Shown here one piece after another: positions 24,293-37,466 of a stretch of DNA of 64,000 bases. Below the pieces are notes generated by a model that saw only the letters and a list, made by a program, of their open reading frames with translations, had not been told where the DNA came from and ran no database searches. The stretch is from Podarcis erhardii (taxonomy: Eukaryota), in NCBI GenBank assembly GCA_964252035.1, contig OZ176210.1; one strand, given 5' to 3'. Positions within the stretch are counted from its first letter, which is position 1, and every line of letters starts with the position of its first letter. A program made the translations under genes and the position numbers.

Positions 24293-27009
24293 AATTAACC
24301 GCCTTCAGAAACAAACAAGCACATCTAAAGGCATAAACAAACTTGTTTAAAAGTTCTCTCCCCTTTTCTGGCATTTTAAGACATTTTTAATGCATGCCAT
24401 CAGTATATACTTGATGCAACTTGAAAGTTGTCCAAAAACATTTCTTTAAGGGAAGCCATGGTAACAAGGCACTATAACACCAGAGACTGATACTACTTTG
24501 CAAATAGTTGAAAACAAGTAATTGCTCCAGTACAAGTGTGGATAAACAGCAGCAAAATATGTATGCGACAGCAAGCTGTGCTCTTGCACAGTTGTCATAG
24601 AATACTTAGAACTATAGGACTATATATGGCAATCAGCATGTTGGCACAATACCAAAGGTATTAAATTGTTGTGCTGGTTTCCTGTACCACCTTCTAAGAG
24701 GCTCAGATTGGCACATGTGGCTTCCATACATCTCCCACAGAACACACTCACCTGGCCAGGAACCAAGAACTGCTTAGCTTTGGGCAGGAACCGCATCGTG
24801 TATCTTCATAATGTTGTCTGAGATTATGCTGCAGTAACTTGCAAGTGTATGGAACCAGTGTGTGGAAGATAGGCAATATATAAAGATGCCATTGGATTGT
24901 TAAGAAATCTTTGTACTGGAAACTGGTTTTTCTAGAAAAAAACATTGTATGTTCACAAGTATGTTGCAAGATGACCTCAGAGGTTCCTCCCAAGTTTATT
25001 ACTCTATACTGTATTGAAAACGCTAGGCTGAAGGCTCATTCACAAAACTTGTTCTAGGTAAACAAACAAACACTAAGTCTTCAGAGAAATAACACATTTG
25101 AAGCGATTTGCACAGTATTATAGCTGGGGGGTTAAGGGGGAAATATGATACAATGTCTACTATTTTACATCAAGGATCCAGCTAGGCTAGCATTCTGAGT
25201 CAAACCATGGCCAGCCCAGATGCCTCCAAGAAGCCAGAGATAGCTGAGATGCTGTCAACATCCTTAAAGGTTTCATCTACATACTTCTCTGATTTTCTCA
25301 GCTTTGCCATCTTAGCCTCAAAGGAACAAACAAATATTCCCCAAGAGCTAACAGCTCAGTGCACCAAGCACACACCCATGACTTCTGCCCTGGAGACAGT
25401 CAGTCATAATATGTGACATATTATGGAAAACACCAATTATTCCTCCACACCCTTGCTGATTTTCTAGCTTCTAGACTCGTGTCTTCAAAATGTCATGTGT
25501 GTGTTTTTATAAAGCTGAGAACTGTGTTGAGGAGTTGGTTTTCAAGCTCACTGTGGTGACTTGCCTAAAGCCACCTAGTGAGTTAATGAGATTTAACTTC
25601 CTAATTCACAATGCATTTCATGTATTTAATTTCTTTTTTATTAAATTATTTTTAAACCCAACTCTCAATGTACATTGCCTTCACAAGGCAGTGTACAGAA
25701 ATAATAGATAATCAAAGTGTAGCAATGAATCAAAACCAGTTTTATAAAATTTAATCTTGGGTGCTGTAATACACTGGCTCTAAGATGCCTTCCAGTGAAG
25801 TTGTGGTGATTCACCTAGTCAAATTAGGATGCACCATAACATATATATGAGATTCAGCCATTAAAACAACAACAACAACTATTTTTTTCTTTTTCTTTTT
25901 TTGCCTACCTTTTGCTAGCTAGTCATTTTTTCACGACCATATTCCACAGTTTCAAAGACTATTTCACCTACTGCAACTTACCTATTAAGTATCTTGAACA
26001 ACACACATTCTCTCAGGCCAAGGCCATCCGAAATGTCTCATTCTGAACTCAGGTTGGTGCTTGAAACTCCTAAGCACCAGCTCAGGCCTCCACAATCTCA
26101 TGCCCTCCAGATGTTTTGCACTACAGTTCCATCAGCTCCATTCAAGACAGGTTGGGAAAGGCTGCACTATTTAATTTGAGGCTGAGCGATCCAAAACTGT
26201 GGTGGTGTGACTCTGTGGAAATTCCCAGCACCTAGCATTACATGGTTGATACCGGTATCATGAACATGGGCAGCTGGTAACTGCATAACTGAATGGGCAT
26301 GGTATCCCCTATGGAGTTGTACCTTTCTGATAACTACAGGGCAGGGGAGGGAAAGAATTGGGTAATCAGAGCTGCAAACACCACACAACCTTTTCAGCAA
26401 GAAAATAAAGATGTGCTGAGTTTTTCTAGTCAGTATTCTATAAATGTCCCAGGACAAAGTTTATGATAGAACAATTAAGACTGTTGAAAGCATCCTGGTG
26501 GCATTCTAAAGATAAATTGTAAGGGGGAAAAACCTAATGAAAAACACGTGACATTTAAGTCTTTCCAGGGCCAGTTTGACCAGTGTTGTTTTTGTTTTTA
26601 AAATGCCACAACAAGAGAATTATTTGCCTGATCTACCAATTTGAATGTGGCCAAGCTGTGCTTTAAAATCCAGGTTCACAGGTAGAACTTCATTGTTTCA
26701 ATCCTTTTCTGCAAAGGAGCTAATGCGCAGAATCGGAACAGCTCTGGTCAGTGTAGCCATCTTATCAGCTGCATGACTGACATTCATGACTGATGTTCAA
26801 ATAATTCCAACAGCTGCAACCAAACAAGTTCTGTATACCTATTTGGGGACAAAGTTCACTGAGAAAATCTACTGCCACAAGTCAACTATTATGTAGTTTT
26901 CAGATGAGGGATGGGTATCACAATCAAGACAGTACAGCTTACCGTATTAAAGGCTGAAACAGACTTTTCCTCATACTTTTTACTTCAGTACTAACTAGTT
27001 TTTGTCAAG

Positions 27010-27750
27010 CTTAGTTATAAAAACTAAAAGAATGACACATATGGAGACGGAAGAGGCCCAACGTATCTAGACACAGCTCTAGAACACATTCAAAACTTGT
27101 TTCTTCCATAAAATCTTCAGAACCTCTCTGTAAACACCTCCATAAAGAGAATGAAATCCATCTCAGGAGCATATGGCGGTGGGACACTGCCTTTCTATGG
27201 TAGCAGTTCAGTGCTCCATGGGGCAGGCTATTTGTGTGCACCATGTAAACAACTCCATTTTCTACACACCCTTTATAGGACATATTCATATATACAGAAT
27301 AATTAAAATGGGAGATATTTAAATGAGGGGAATAGGTTGCTGGGTGAGAGGAGTCAGAAAAGCCAACTTCCCCACCTCACAGATGCCTGGAGCAACATAA
27401 ACATTTTTCAGAATAAATCCCTTGCTTTGGTAAATAACACCCAGTTAGCGTCTACAAAATACGCCTCACTTTTCAATCCCAATATGATTCCTTTCCATAT
27501 ATTGCCACTCCAAATTCCTTTGGCACCACTGCTACTGAACCCCAAAGGATCCTTCCTTCCCACAGATGACAATTCTCCACCATATAAACCCTATTTTAAC
27601 ATAACCCTTAAAAATATGCCAAAACAGCTGTCTCATCCATTCCTGGTACCCTAAACAAGTGTTGTCATTCAACATCCATTGCACACCACCAACCACTCTA
27701 CACCCTTCCCTCTTGGGTGTAAAAAGCAAGTGATACACAAGGCTCGTGTT
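27010..27750 (-). mobile_element. Old L1/Tx1-clade LINE, post-RT C-terminal remnant
   Basis: Peptides TPKREG..N...L...W..LFWH..IWWRIVICGKEG and, after a frameshift, GNIWKGII...F* follow the PK.EGGLG / LW.RVI..KYG / WKGI..FW motif order of L1-clade ORF2. Confidence 0.45.
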
Positions 27751-28800
27751 CAAATCCCTACGCTGCCTTATGCATCACATACTCCTTGACACATGAGCTG
27801 CTAATTTATAGGGAACAATGGGAGATACTGGTGCTGAACAACCCTGTGCTATCCATTGCTGAGTTATATTTTCTTCTATGCATATTAGCTCTAGCTCCAA
27901 GTAAAACAGAGTGACGCAAAAGGTCCTGTGATCCCCACATTGAGGGCTCCAGGAGCCTATATTTTGGACAGTCCTGGTACAAAAAAACTTCTAAGGCTGT
28001 GTTTACACAGTCATCACTGTGAACTTATTTCATTGTTATGTTGCTTATTAATAAGACATTCCTAAGATGAAGATGCAGATTTAGGCAAAACCCCTGTGTC
28101 TTCTCAGCCTCACGTGTGTCATGTTGTGGACCCTGGTATCCCTGAAAACGGTTCAACGTGTCCAGCAGTCTAACATTTAGCTACCAAACATTCCGTTTCT
28201 TTACCCAGGTATTTGAACAGATTTTACTGATTTACTGAAAGTTTCCACCTGCTTTAAAGTTTCATTTGCTGTCTTAATTGAGGAGGGTGGTGGTTTTTTT
28301 TTGTATTTATTCCATACACTGCCTGAAATCTGGTATATAAATGTTTCCAAATAAAATCCTTCCTGTGTTATTTATGGGACTAACTACCATTGTTAGTTTT
28401 TGACACTATAGTTGCTCAAGAACTATCATAGGATGCCTATAAAACCATATGAAGTCGCAATCATCTGCAACCTTTGGAACATGGTTGGGTCAAGTATTGC
28501 TCTCCATCCAGGCATGTCACAGTAATGGCATTAGACACTACTGAAGTTTTCAGAGTACTGCCTCCCCACACAATATGCACTTAAGCAGCTACAGAAGCCA
28601 CCCTTTGTTTTGTCCTGTTCCTGACAATTCCATATCTGCTTGGACCTCAAGCAACTGAACGTATTATATTCTCTCCCAGTATTAGCTGGGCCTATTATGA
28701 TCATCCTTCCGAAAAGTATGTGTAACGTTCCTTACTAGCTGTTTTCAGTCAGTTTTTCACTGCATTGCCTAAAGTAGTCCAAGGTGAAATGTGTCTTTTA

Positions 28801-29262
<462 letters not shown>

Positions 29263-30904
29263 TCATTGAAGAAACAAAAGAATAAAAAAGGACAATTCAG
29301 TCAAGTGTCTACGATTGCCATTTTAAGTGAGAAAAGTACTGTGGTTCATCAACAAGTAGAATGAAGTTTTAAATAGAGACAGTCTTAGACAGCAACTGTG
29401 GTCTTCGGCAGCAGCCACTAAAAGTCACCCAAAGGAACAGTGTGCATATAAATAGCTTCGTACACACAAAGTGGTCATTGTGGTAGAAAATGACTACAGA
29501 AAAAAACAGGAAACAGACTGAACAGGCCAGTGCGCTAAGCCTCCATTACTTTAGAACTCTCATGGCAGTACATTTTCCAGCTCCACAGACAGCAAACACT
29601 AGTTAGAACCTTCCATCAGTGGAATCTGGCAGGACTTAACTGGTTTCAGTAAGAAGAAGAAAAAGAGTTCACATGAATGTCAAAACAATATTCAGTGGTT
29701 CTGTAGGGGTTACTCAGTTAATTCTATACTGTTCATCTGTATTTGTTTCACAGCCTGATAATGAGAATACACCTTCACAGGAAGAAATAACCATTTCTAG
29801 ATCACTGATGAGTTTACCCATGTGTTCAGACCTAGAAATACCACGAACACTTAATCTTAGTTATGCAGTGCTCTTAAGTGAAAAATGCACATGAGTGAAA
29901 TGGCCATGATGCATATACATATTTTTCCCTTGTGTAAATGTGTATGCAGCCAAAATAGGTAGGGTGCAGTTAGCAGGACATCCTTTTGCTATAACATTCA
30001 CTCCTAATAGGCCTACACAAACTTTAACATTGGCCTTCAAGTACCACATATGCCTACTGCAACTTCAGCACAGACTTTGGAGGAGGAGGAGGAGGAGGAG
30101 GAGAAGAAGAAAAGCCAAGCTACACCATCATAACCATAGCAAAACACTTTTGTGAGGATGTATATATCACTGAGGAAAGTTGCATGCCATAATGCTCCCC
30201 CATGCAGAAGAGGATCCCTTGCCCTCAGAAAACTTGCATGCAAGGTAGGAAAGCGTATCCTACCGTTCTGTGCTGTGCTAAATTTATCATATAGACTTAG
30301 TTGTGGAGGAAAGCATTTAAATATGTGGTACCTTGCCTACAATGCAAAGTAATACAATCCAGGAAAGGATCTACAGTGCACTTTTACTGCACATTTAATC
30401 CACTTTTGAAATGTCCTCTGTCCACAAAGGTCGACTGTAGATTTGTCCTAGCCTGTAGTTATGTATTAAAAGCTATTTCAAATAAAACCAGTCACAGTAC
30501 CAACGATTAGATAAGTAGTATCAAAGATTAAATAAAGGGTATCAATTTTGCATGTCCAAAGCATTGTGAAACAAAAGATTGATGTGAGTAACTTCGGGTG
30601 TGTCTTGTTAGCAAATGAATGTTAATGAAGTGAAAGGCAAGACAAACCAAAACGGAAAGGGAAGAGAAATAAAGCACTGAGCTATGATTCATGAATTCCT
30701 TTTGGAGTGACACTGGTTCTCTACCTGCCCATAGGAATCCAATCCATTTCCAACATAATTTTCAATTAGTAATCTCTTCCTGACCATAAAAGACATTCAA
30801 TTAATTTTATTTATTCATAAAATGTATATACTGCTTGAATGTATTTTAAAAAAACCCTCAAATTGATTTACAAATAAGATAAAACAGTCTCACTAAAAAA
30901 GATG

Positions 30905-31012
30905 TTATGAAAAAGTAGAGCTGAGTGTCATCAGCATACTGATGGCACCTCATCCCAAAACACCTGATGACCACTCCCAGCGGCTTCATGGAGGTATTAA
31001 ATGTGGCACCCC
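30905..31012 (-). mobile_element. L2 reverse transcriptase core fragment
   Basis: Peptide FNTSMKPLGVVIRCFGMRCHQYADDTQLYF contains the YADD motif in an L2 context. Confidence 0.88.
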
Positions 31013-31310
31013 ATAACATAGCCACCAGGGGGGGCAAAAACACTCTCCCAGTGCTACTGCCTCTGGACTTGGTCCTGAAGAGGGAGAATCAGAACCACTG
31101 TAATACAGTGCCCCCAATTCCTACTCCCCAGAAATGGTCCAGGAGGATACCATGGTCAATGGTATGAAAAGTCGATGAGAGACTGTCTTCACAGGGAAAA
31201 AACTAAAAGCCTTACCCAGCAATAATGTTTAGGCAATAAGCTCCCCCCCCCATTGGAATGTACTCACTATTTTTAAAAAAACTTCTACAGTAATGCAAAG
31301 TTTTGATATC

Positions 31311-31449
31311 AACTCAGTGGCTTGGTAGAACATGAGACTCTTAATCTCAGGGTTGTGGATTCAAGCCCCATGTTGGGCAAAAGATTCCTGCATTGCAGGC
31401 ATTTGGACTAGATGACCCTAGTGGTCCCTTCCAGCTCTGATTCTATGAT
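31311..31449 (+). mobile_element. tRNA-Lys(CTT)-derived SINE with CR1-type 3' tail
   Basis: Head ..gtagaacatgagactcttaatctcagggttgtggattcaagccccatgttgggca matches tRNA-Lys. It is followed by gattcctgcattgcagg..ttggactagatgacc..gtcccttcca..ttctatga. Confidence 0.85.
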
Positions 31450-31709
31450 CTTGAGTTTCCCCTCCACAAAAGGAGGGGCTCCATCTGTTCACAGAAGGGT
31501 CTTTGATCCAGCAGAGACTCTTAATGGTGGAGGTGATTTGTGCTGATTAACCCTTTCCCCTGCAGCATTCCACAGCCCTCCCATCTGGAGATTTTCAGGG
31601 AGGGAAGAGGAGGGGCAAGGAGAAATCAGTGGCGATGGTGTTCCTTTTCCACAAGTGGAAGCATCCCACAACTCCTCCTCTCTAACTATGAGGATATTGC
31701 ATTGCTCTA

Positions 31710-32077
31710 TTTGAATTATGGTGCTGGAGGGGACCTCTTGAAAGTCCCATGGACTGCAAGAAGATCAAACCTCTCCATTCTGAAGGAAATCAGCCCTGAG
31801 TGCTCACTGGAAGGACAGATCCTGAAGCTGAGGCTCCAATACTTTGGCCACCTCATGAGAAGAGAAGACTCCTTGGAAAAGACCCTGATGTTGGGAAAGA
31901 TGGAGGGCACAAGGAGAAGGGGACGACAGAGGACGAGATGGTTGGACAGTGTTCTCAAAGCTACCAGCATGAGTTTCACCAAACTGCGGGAGGCAGTGGA
32001 AGACAGGAGTGCCTGGCGTGCTCTGGTCCATGGGGTCACGAAGAATCAGGCACAACTAAATGACTAAACAACAACAA
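31710..32077 (+). mobile_element. RTE-BovB LINE 3' fragment
   Basis: Peptide LLKVPWTARRSNLSILKEISPECSLEGQILKLRLQYFGHLMRREDSLEKTLMLGKMEGTRRRGRQRTRWLD..AWRALVHGVTK, followed by a (CAA)n tail. Confidence 0.95.
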
Positions 32078-32820
32078 TACAGTACTGAAACACAGGTACA
32101 GGGTTCATACAAACCCAAAGAACACCTGTGGCCTCTCTTGATTCGAGTATGGCTTGTAGCAACTACGAAGCAGCTCTAGTACTGAAATGATTAAGCAAGA
32201 GAAGAAGGAACACAAACACATTTAGCCAACTTGAGACTTGCTATACATGCTGTTGGCAATTTTCATATGGAGGTTTTTCTCTCTTCTGGACGTTATCCTT
32301 CTTTCTTTGGTATAATTTTACTTTTTACTGTAACCTCGTATAGTTTCCAGTCAAGACAGCAATAAAAGGCCACAGAAAACCGCAGCAGCGAACACTTCCA
32401 AGATAAGGAGCTGGGATGGTCACACGACACCAACCTCAAAATTCCAGCTGTCTGGAAAGACCAAGGCACCCAGTCAAGTGCCTAACACTTTGGTCAGGCA
32501 ACCCTAAACTAGGCTCTCTCTGAAGGGGCGCAAGGGCTGACTGACACCGCACAAACTAGGAACAAGCATGACAATGGCTAGACATCCAGCCACAGAGGAA
32601 ACAAATGATAATGTCCAAGGTTAAAGTAAGATTTGTTTGAGACAGAACTTCCTGTTCTCATTATCACCAGCTGCATCTTTAACCAAGTTCAGAATACAAA
32701 GCCAAGTGATAATGTTTTTGACAGAACTCCATAACATTTTGCTAGTCCCTTGTTATTCTCAACTTCCACCTAATCAGTTTTCATGTCAAGTAGCTGCTAT
32801 ATTCCACAAACCTAGCCATC

Positions 32821-33034
32821 TGGTTATGAACTTAATTCGTTCCGGAGGTCTGTTCTTAACCTGAAACCATTCTTAACCTGAGGTACCACTTTAGCTAATG
32901 GGGCTTCCCACTGCCACCACGCCACCAGCGCACGATTTCTGTTCTCATCCTGAGGTAAAATTCTTAACCCGAGATACTACTTCCAGGTTAGCTGAGTCTG
33001 TAACCCGAAGTGTTTGTAACCTGAGGTACCACTG
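32821..33034 (-). mobile_element. Tigger-like MITE, left end eroded
   Basis: Reverse complement of the 14063-14304 element, ending gaggtaccactg-TA. Confidence 0.88.
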
Positions 33035-33100
33035 TAGTATGCACAGCAAGAATTCAGCTCATCTCCCTTCAACGTTAAACCTGTGCTGGATGACTAAACA

Positions 33101-33249
33101 TTGGTCAGAACATTGGGTCCTTCCAGCTCAGTATTGTCTACACCGCCTGACAGGGGAAATACTCAGTCCCACCAGGAGATGCAGAGGATTCAACAAGGGA
33201 CCTTCTGCATGCAAAGCAGATGCTCTACCACTGAGCTACAGCCCTTCCC
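33101..33249 (-). mobile_element. tRNA-Ala-derived SINE
   Basis: Minus strand gggaagggctgtagctcagtggtagagcatctgctttgcatgcagaaggtccc is tRNA-Ala(TGC)-like and is followed by gtgtagacaatactgagct..gacc. Confidence 0.8.
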
Positions 33250-33315
33250 CATAAGGATCTGTAGATCTCAAGACACAAATATGCACAGCTCAGTGAAATT
33301 CCATGATGCTTTAAC

Positions 33316-33391
33316 TGAGATTCCTGCATTGCAGGGTGTTGGACTAGATGACCCTCAGGGTCCCTTCCATCTCTACAATTCTATGATTCTA
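33316..33391 (+). mobile_element. CR1-type 3' tail
   Basis: gattcctgcattgcagggtgttggactagatgaccctcagggtcccttccatctctacaattctatgattctat. Confidence 0.8.
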
Positions 33392-35164
33392 TAAATGAGG
33401 ACACCACACTAAATCCAATGTTCTCTAACTGCCTTGCCACATCACTACGCACACTGAGCTCCTCGGAGGGGTGTGTTGTTTCCAATAGGCAAAACTAAAA
33501 ACTTTACTGGCAGGAACTTGCCAAACCAAGTCACCGAGTTCTCAGCTGCCACACATAAACCACCCATAATATCAGTTTAGAGACAAAAAGACAGACAAGT
33601 ATGATGTAGAGAGAAATGTTCAGCCACCTCACTAAGTCAATCACATGTTAAAACAAACCTAAAATAACCCATTCTTCTTACCCTTCCATTCACTTTTAAA
33701 ACTTACAGCTTTTGTTTCTATTCTCAAAGATTACTTCCTGTTCAATATTTTTCAGCTACGGTAAAGCAATGTTAAAGATTTGTCTCCATGCAGAGGAATT
33801 AATGTTTGTTCCAAAATAATATCACTCTCCCTACAGCACCTTGACCTTTACTTTACTCCAATCAAAGCCTACACACACAAAGTGAAGGGCAACACTAGTG
33901 ACTTCTGAAGAACTATATTCATGTAACGAATTTCATAAGGAGCATTATGTCATGTGAGCTCCTACCTGCAGCCTTGCATCATAGAGCCCAGACATAAGTT
34001 TGCCACCTCAGTGAGAATGAGGCCACAGTCCAACAAAGATTTGTAGGTTTAGGTTACTACAATACTTTATCTTGTCTTTCCTGTTTTATGTAGTAGAAAG
34101 CTGTCTTTTCTGATAAGAACTGCGGAAAACAAGAGCCTCAAAACACTTCCTCTGTTTTCTTCTTCCAGAATCACCATTTGGTTGCAAAATCACAACAGAT
34201 GCTGTAACAACTACTTTACCCTCTAAGAAGGGGAGTGGGGAGAGTGTTGAAATGCTTATATTTGAGTCTACAAATTTCATGCTATTATTACATAATTTAG
34301 GTTTTAAGCATGGTTAGCGGGTCAGGTATCTAGTTATTCACAAACTATTTTCACAAAAAGAATGGGAGAGGTATCTCTGCTCATATACCGCTTGGAAATT
34401 TGAGGTCTCCTCAACAGATGGTCATTCATGTGACAGTGATTGGACAGCAGCCTGCAGTTGTCACTGGAGGAGAAGAGAGAAAACTGGTCCATTCTCCAGT
34501 GCAAATTCCTCAGCAGATCTCCTCACAACCCCCTCCCTCCATTATTCAGAAACCAATGCCTGCCAGTTAGTTCCTCTTATTGCAACATGAACAAATGTCT
34601 GCCTGTCCATTTGTAGCAATAAATAAAATTTAACACAAAGTAACAGATGAGCAATCCTCTTTATAAATTAACCCTCCCTTACCCACCCACCCCTAAAGTA
34701 TCCTTGGATTTGCTTCCGTTAAAAGCACATCTAAGCACATCCTGCTGACTTTGGTTGCCAGAACACTCCCCCAACTCCTCTTCTCCCTCCAGTCTCTTGT
34801 GGACTATAGAGCATAAATTAGCTATTCATTACATGTGAAGGAGCCACAGATAGAGCTGCACCCTGCTGAGGAAGACTGCTATTTTACATGTCAATTTCAC
34901 AACGAAAGCATCTGCTTCTTTCCTAATATGTATATTTAAAGCTGCCGCACAACGTGCAGATTATATGCTGTTCGTTGCCTGCTTGTTTGGATATCATGAA
35001 CTGCTAAGTAACATTACTCAAAATTATTCCCTTCGAGGCATCCATTTCTTAGCATTGTTTGTAACATACCCTTTATGTCCCCAAACTTGTGTCCTTTAAA
35101 GGTTGTAGTCAAAATAATTTGGATGCAGGACAATTTTTGGCTCACAACTGCTTATGCACTAATA

Positions 35165-35464
35165 CAGTGGTACCTTGGTTTATGACCATAATCCGTTCCA
35201 GAGGTCCGTTCGTAAATCAAAACAGGTCGTAACCCAAGGCCAATAAGGCCTCCAATTTGCCAATAGGGCCTCCAAAAAAGGGGGGGGGGGGGTTTGTAAT
35301 CCAAAAAATTGTTCATAATCAAAAAAAAAAAAACAAAAACAAAAACAAAAACCGGGTCATAATCCAAAAAAAGTTCGCAAACCAGGACGCGCACTTCCGG
35401 GTTTGAATTGGTCGTAATCCAAAATGGTCGTAAACTAGGCTATTCGCAAATCAAGCTACCACTA
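35165..35464. mobile_element. Second Tc1/mariner (Tigger-like) MITE family
   Basis: TA-cagtggtaccttggttt ... aaatcaagctaccact(a)-TA imperfect TIRs. The interior differs from the 14063 family. Confidence 0.75.
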
Positions 35465-35670
35465 TATTAGTATCTTGTGCATTTTTTTAAAAAAATCACC
35501 TTATAGAACCAGCCATTACTCATTTCAAATGCATGACAAACACGGAACTTTTCCACAACGACCATATGAAAATCCTGGTACAAAAGCATAAGGCGATGTA
35601 ACAAACCAATTGCCCAACCGCAAGGCAAAAGAACTCTGTAACCACCAAGTGAACCGAAGCACCAATGCTT

Positions 35671-35674
<4 letters not shown>

Positions 35675-35718
<44 letters not shown>
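35675..35718. repeat. (AG)n microsatellite
   Basis: Seen directly. Other simple repeats are (GA)n ~22333, (GGA)n ~30079, (CA)n ~36302, (GT)n ~44347 and (CT)n ~45734. Confidence 0.97.
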
Positions 35719-35723
<5 letters not shown>

Positions 35724-36298
35724 AGGAGACTAAAACCTGGAGAACAATTTTTTGTATTATTGGTTTCATTCCCGCCTGCATCATGCCGGTAGGAAACTGA
35801 AGCAGGATTAAACCCCAGAAATGACTGGTAAATTACCCCATGCAAAGCAGCTGAGGGAGTGGGGAAAGAGTGATGTGTAGAACTGCCAGGGGAAAATGTG
35901 CTCAGTCTATTACAAACACATCTTTACGGCTCGGAAAGGCTGAAGCGCAGATACCCGCCCACTTCTCTACTTCATCAGCCTCTCCCAATGCACCTTTCTC
36001 TGGAGATGGGGAGGGCATGTAATGACCAATTCAGCCCTCAGCTATATACCACAACTGTTTTGAGTAGGCAAAGAGCTGGCAAGGAATTTCCAGATAAGGC
36101 ATGTTCAGGTGTTATTAAACGACAGCTACAATTCTCAGCCCACAAACTGGAATAACTAGTTCACCAGTTGTACCAGTGCTTTATGCTGGTGAAACTAGTA
36201 AGGCTGCCTGCCTCCTTCAAAAGGGCAACATGAAAGTCTGTTCATTAAGCCAGAATGATTTAAAATACAGCCCTAACAGTTGCTTACGCTATACATGT

Positions 36299-36330
<32 letters not shown>

Positions 36331-37004
36331 CTACGCCTGGAGTAATTATCTTGATTTTGAGCAAAATCACATCTGTTTGTGTGCAAGTAAATACAGCCCG
36401 ACAGCAATTTGGTTCATCTATCAGAAAGAATCAACTGCAAGCTTAATAAGCATTATTTGCATTCTGTACAATGGTGTATTTGTTCTTTCAAGCTATTACA
36501 GTGATAATTTGAACGCATGTACTGTGTACTAAATTTAAGGTGCTCAAAGCCATAAAGCACAATGTATTCCAATTGGATCATTCTAAGCCCAGATCATTTA
36601 ATGTCAAACATTACTGCATCTAGTTACAGAGCTGTTTACCAAAGCAGCAGCTACGCTGACTTTTCTGCAACAGCTATACCCAACATTTTAAATGGCTTCA
36701 TTTCATTCAGCTAACGCTCCTCAAGAGGGGGAAAAACAGTGTTTAAGTAGTCTGAAGAGTTTTCAGTTTATATTGAATTGGGGGGGGGCATAAAATGTTA
36801 CACTTGTGCTCAGCAGAATTACACTTACATGAGAAAGGAGAGGTGATTTTCACTGATTTTGCCAGGGGCCCCACACCCCTCAAAAAGTTGCTGCAGAGGA
36901 CTACAGGGCATGGGGGAGGGAATCACTAAAAATAAATCTCTCCTATTCCTCCAACAGAAACTTCTGATAGATCACTGTTGTCCGTACATGGAATCCCAAC
37001 TCTA

Positions 37005-37100
37005 GATCCAACAAAATACATTGCAATTCCTGCACTGCAGGAAATTAGAGTAGATGACGCTATGGGTCCCTCCCTCCTAGCTCTAAAATTCTACTATTCT
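37005..37100 (+). mobile_element. Decayed CR1-type 3' tail
   Basis: attcctgcactgcagg..tagatgac..gggtccc..ctcta.aattcta.tattctatg. Confidence 0.55.
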
Positions 37101-37224
37101 ATGTTTGTGATTTTGCAAATACTGTTTAAATCTTTGAGAATAGGTATTATGAGGCTGCATGTTTGGTATGGATCAGGGACTGTATAAAACTGGAAAAGGA
37201 AGAAGCATTGGACTTAGAAGGCCA

Positions 37225-37466
37225 CGATAACATACAACAGCGGCAAGAGTCTTGATAGCACAAGGATGGAAGAATGAGGCAACCCCAAGAAAAGAACAGT
37301 GGCAAGAGAATAATATGTGTTGAGAAATCAGAGAGAGGAGCTGAGGGAAGTCTCGGGGGGAGGGGGGATTCGATGGAGAGGTGGGGGGAAATGGGGAAAA
37401 TAATGAATATGATATGTTTTGATATTTTGTTATGCTGAAATTGTTAATTTTTTTTTTTTTTAAAAA
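37225..37466 (+). mobile_element. L1 3' fragment (ORF2 end plus G-rich 3' UTR)
   Basis: Peptide TTAARVLIAQGWKNEATPRKEQWQE is a typical squamate L1 C-terminal motif. A G-rich and then T-rich UTR follows. Confidence 0.75.

Noticed and set aside
31311-31385. Apparent tRNA-Lys gene (also 62394 and the tRNA-Ala-like head at 33180-33249)
   Set aside because: The acceptor stems are broken and the heads are fused to LINE-derived tails, so these are SINE heads rather than tRNA genes.
31540-32067. 175-aa and 145-aa ORFs (also 43301..43738) as host genes
   Set aside because: Their C-terminal parts are BovB and L2 ORF2 remnants, and their N-terminal parts are chance open flanks.
32400-32485. Peptide DTNLKIPAVWK resembling the end of a Penelope endonuclease
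   Set aside because: Too short, with no GIY-YIG motif or hammerhead nearby.
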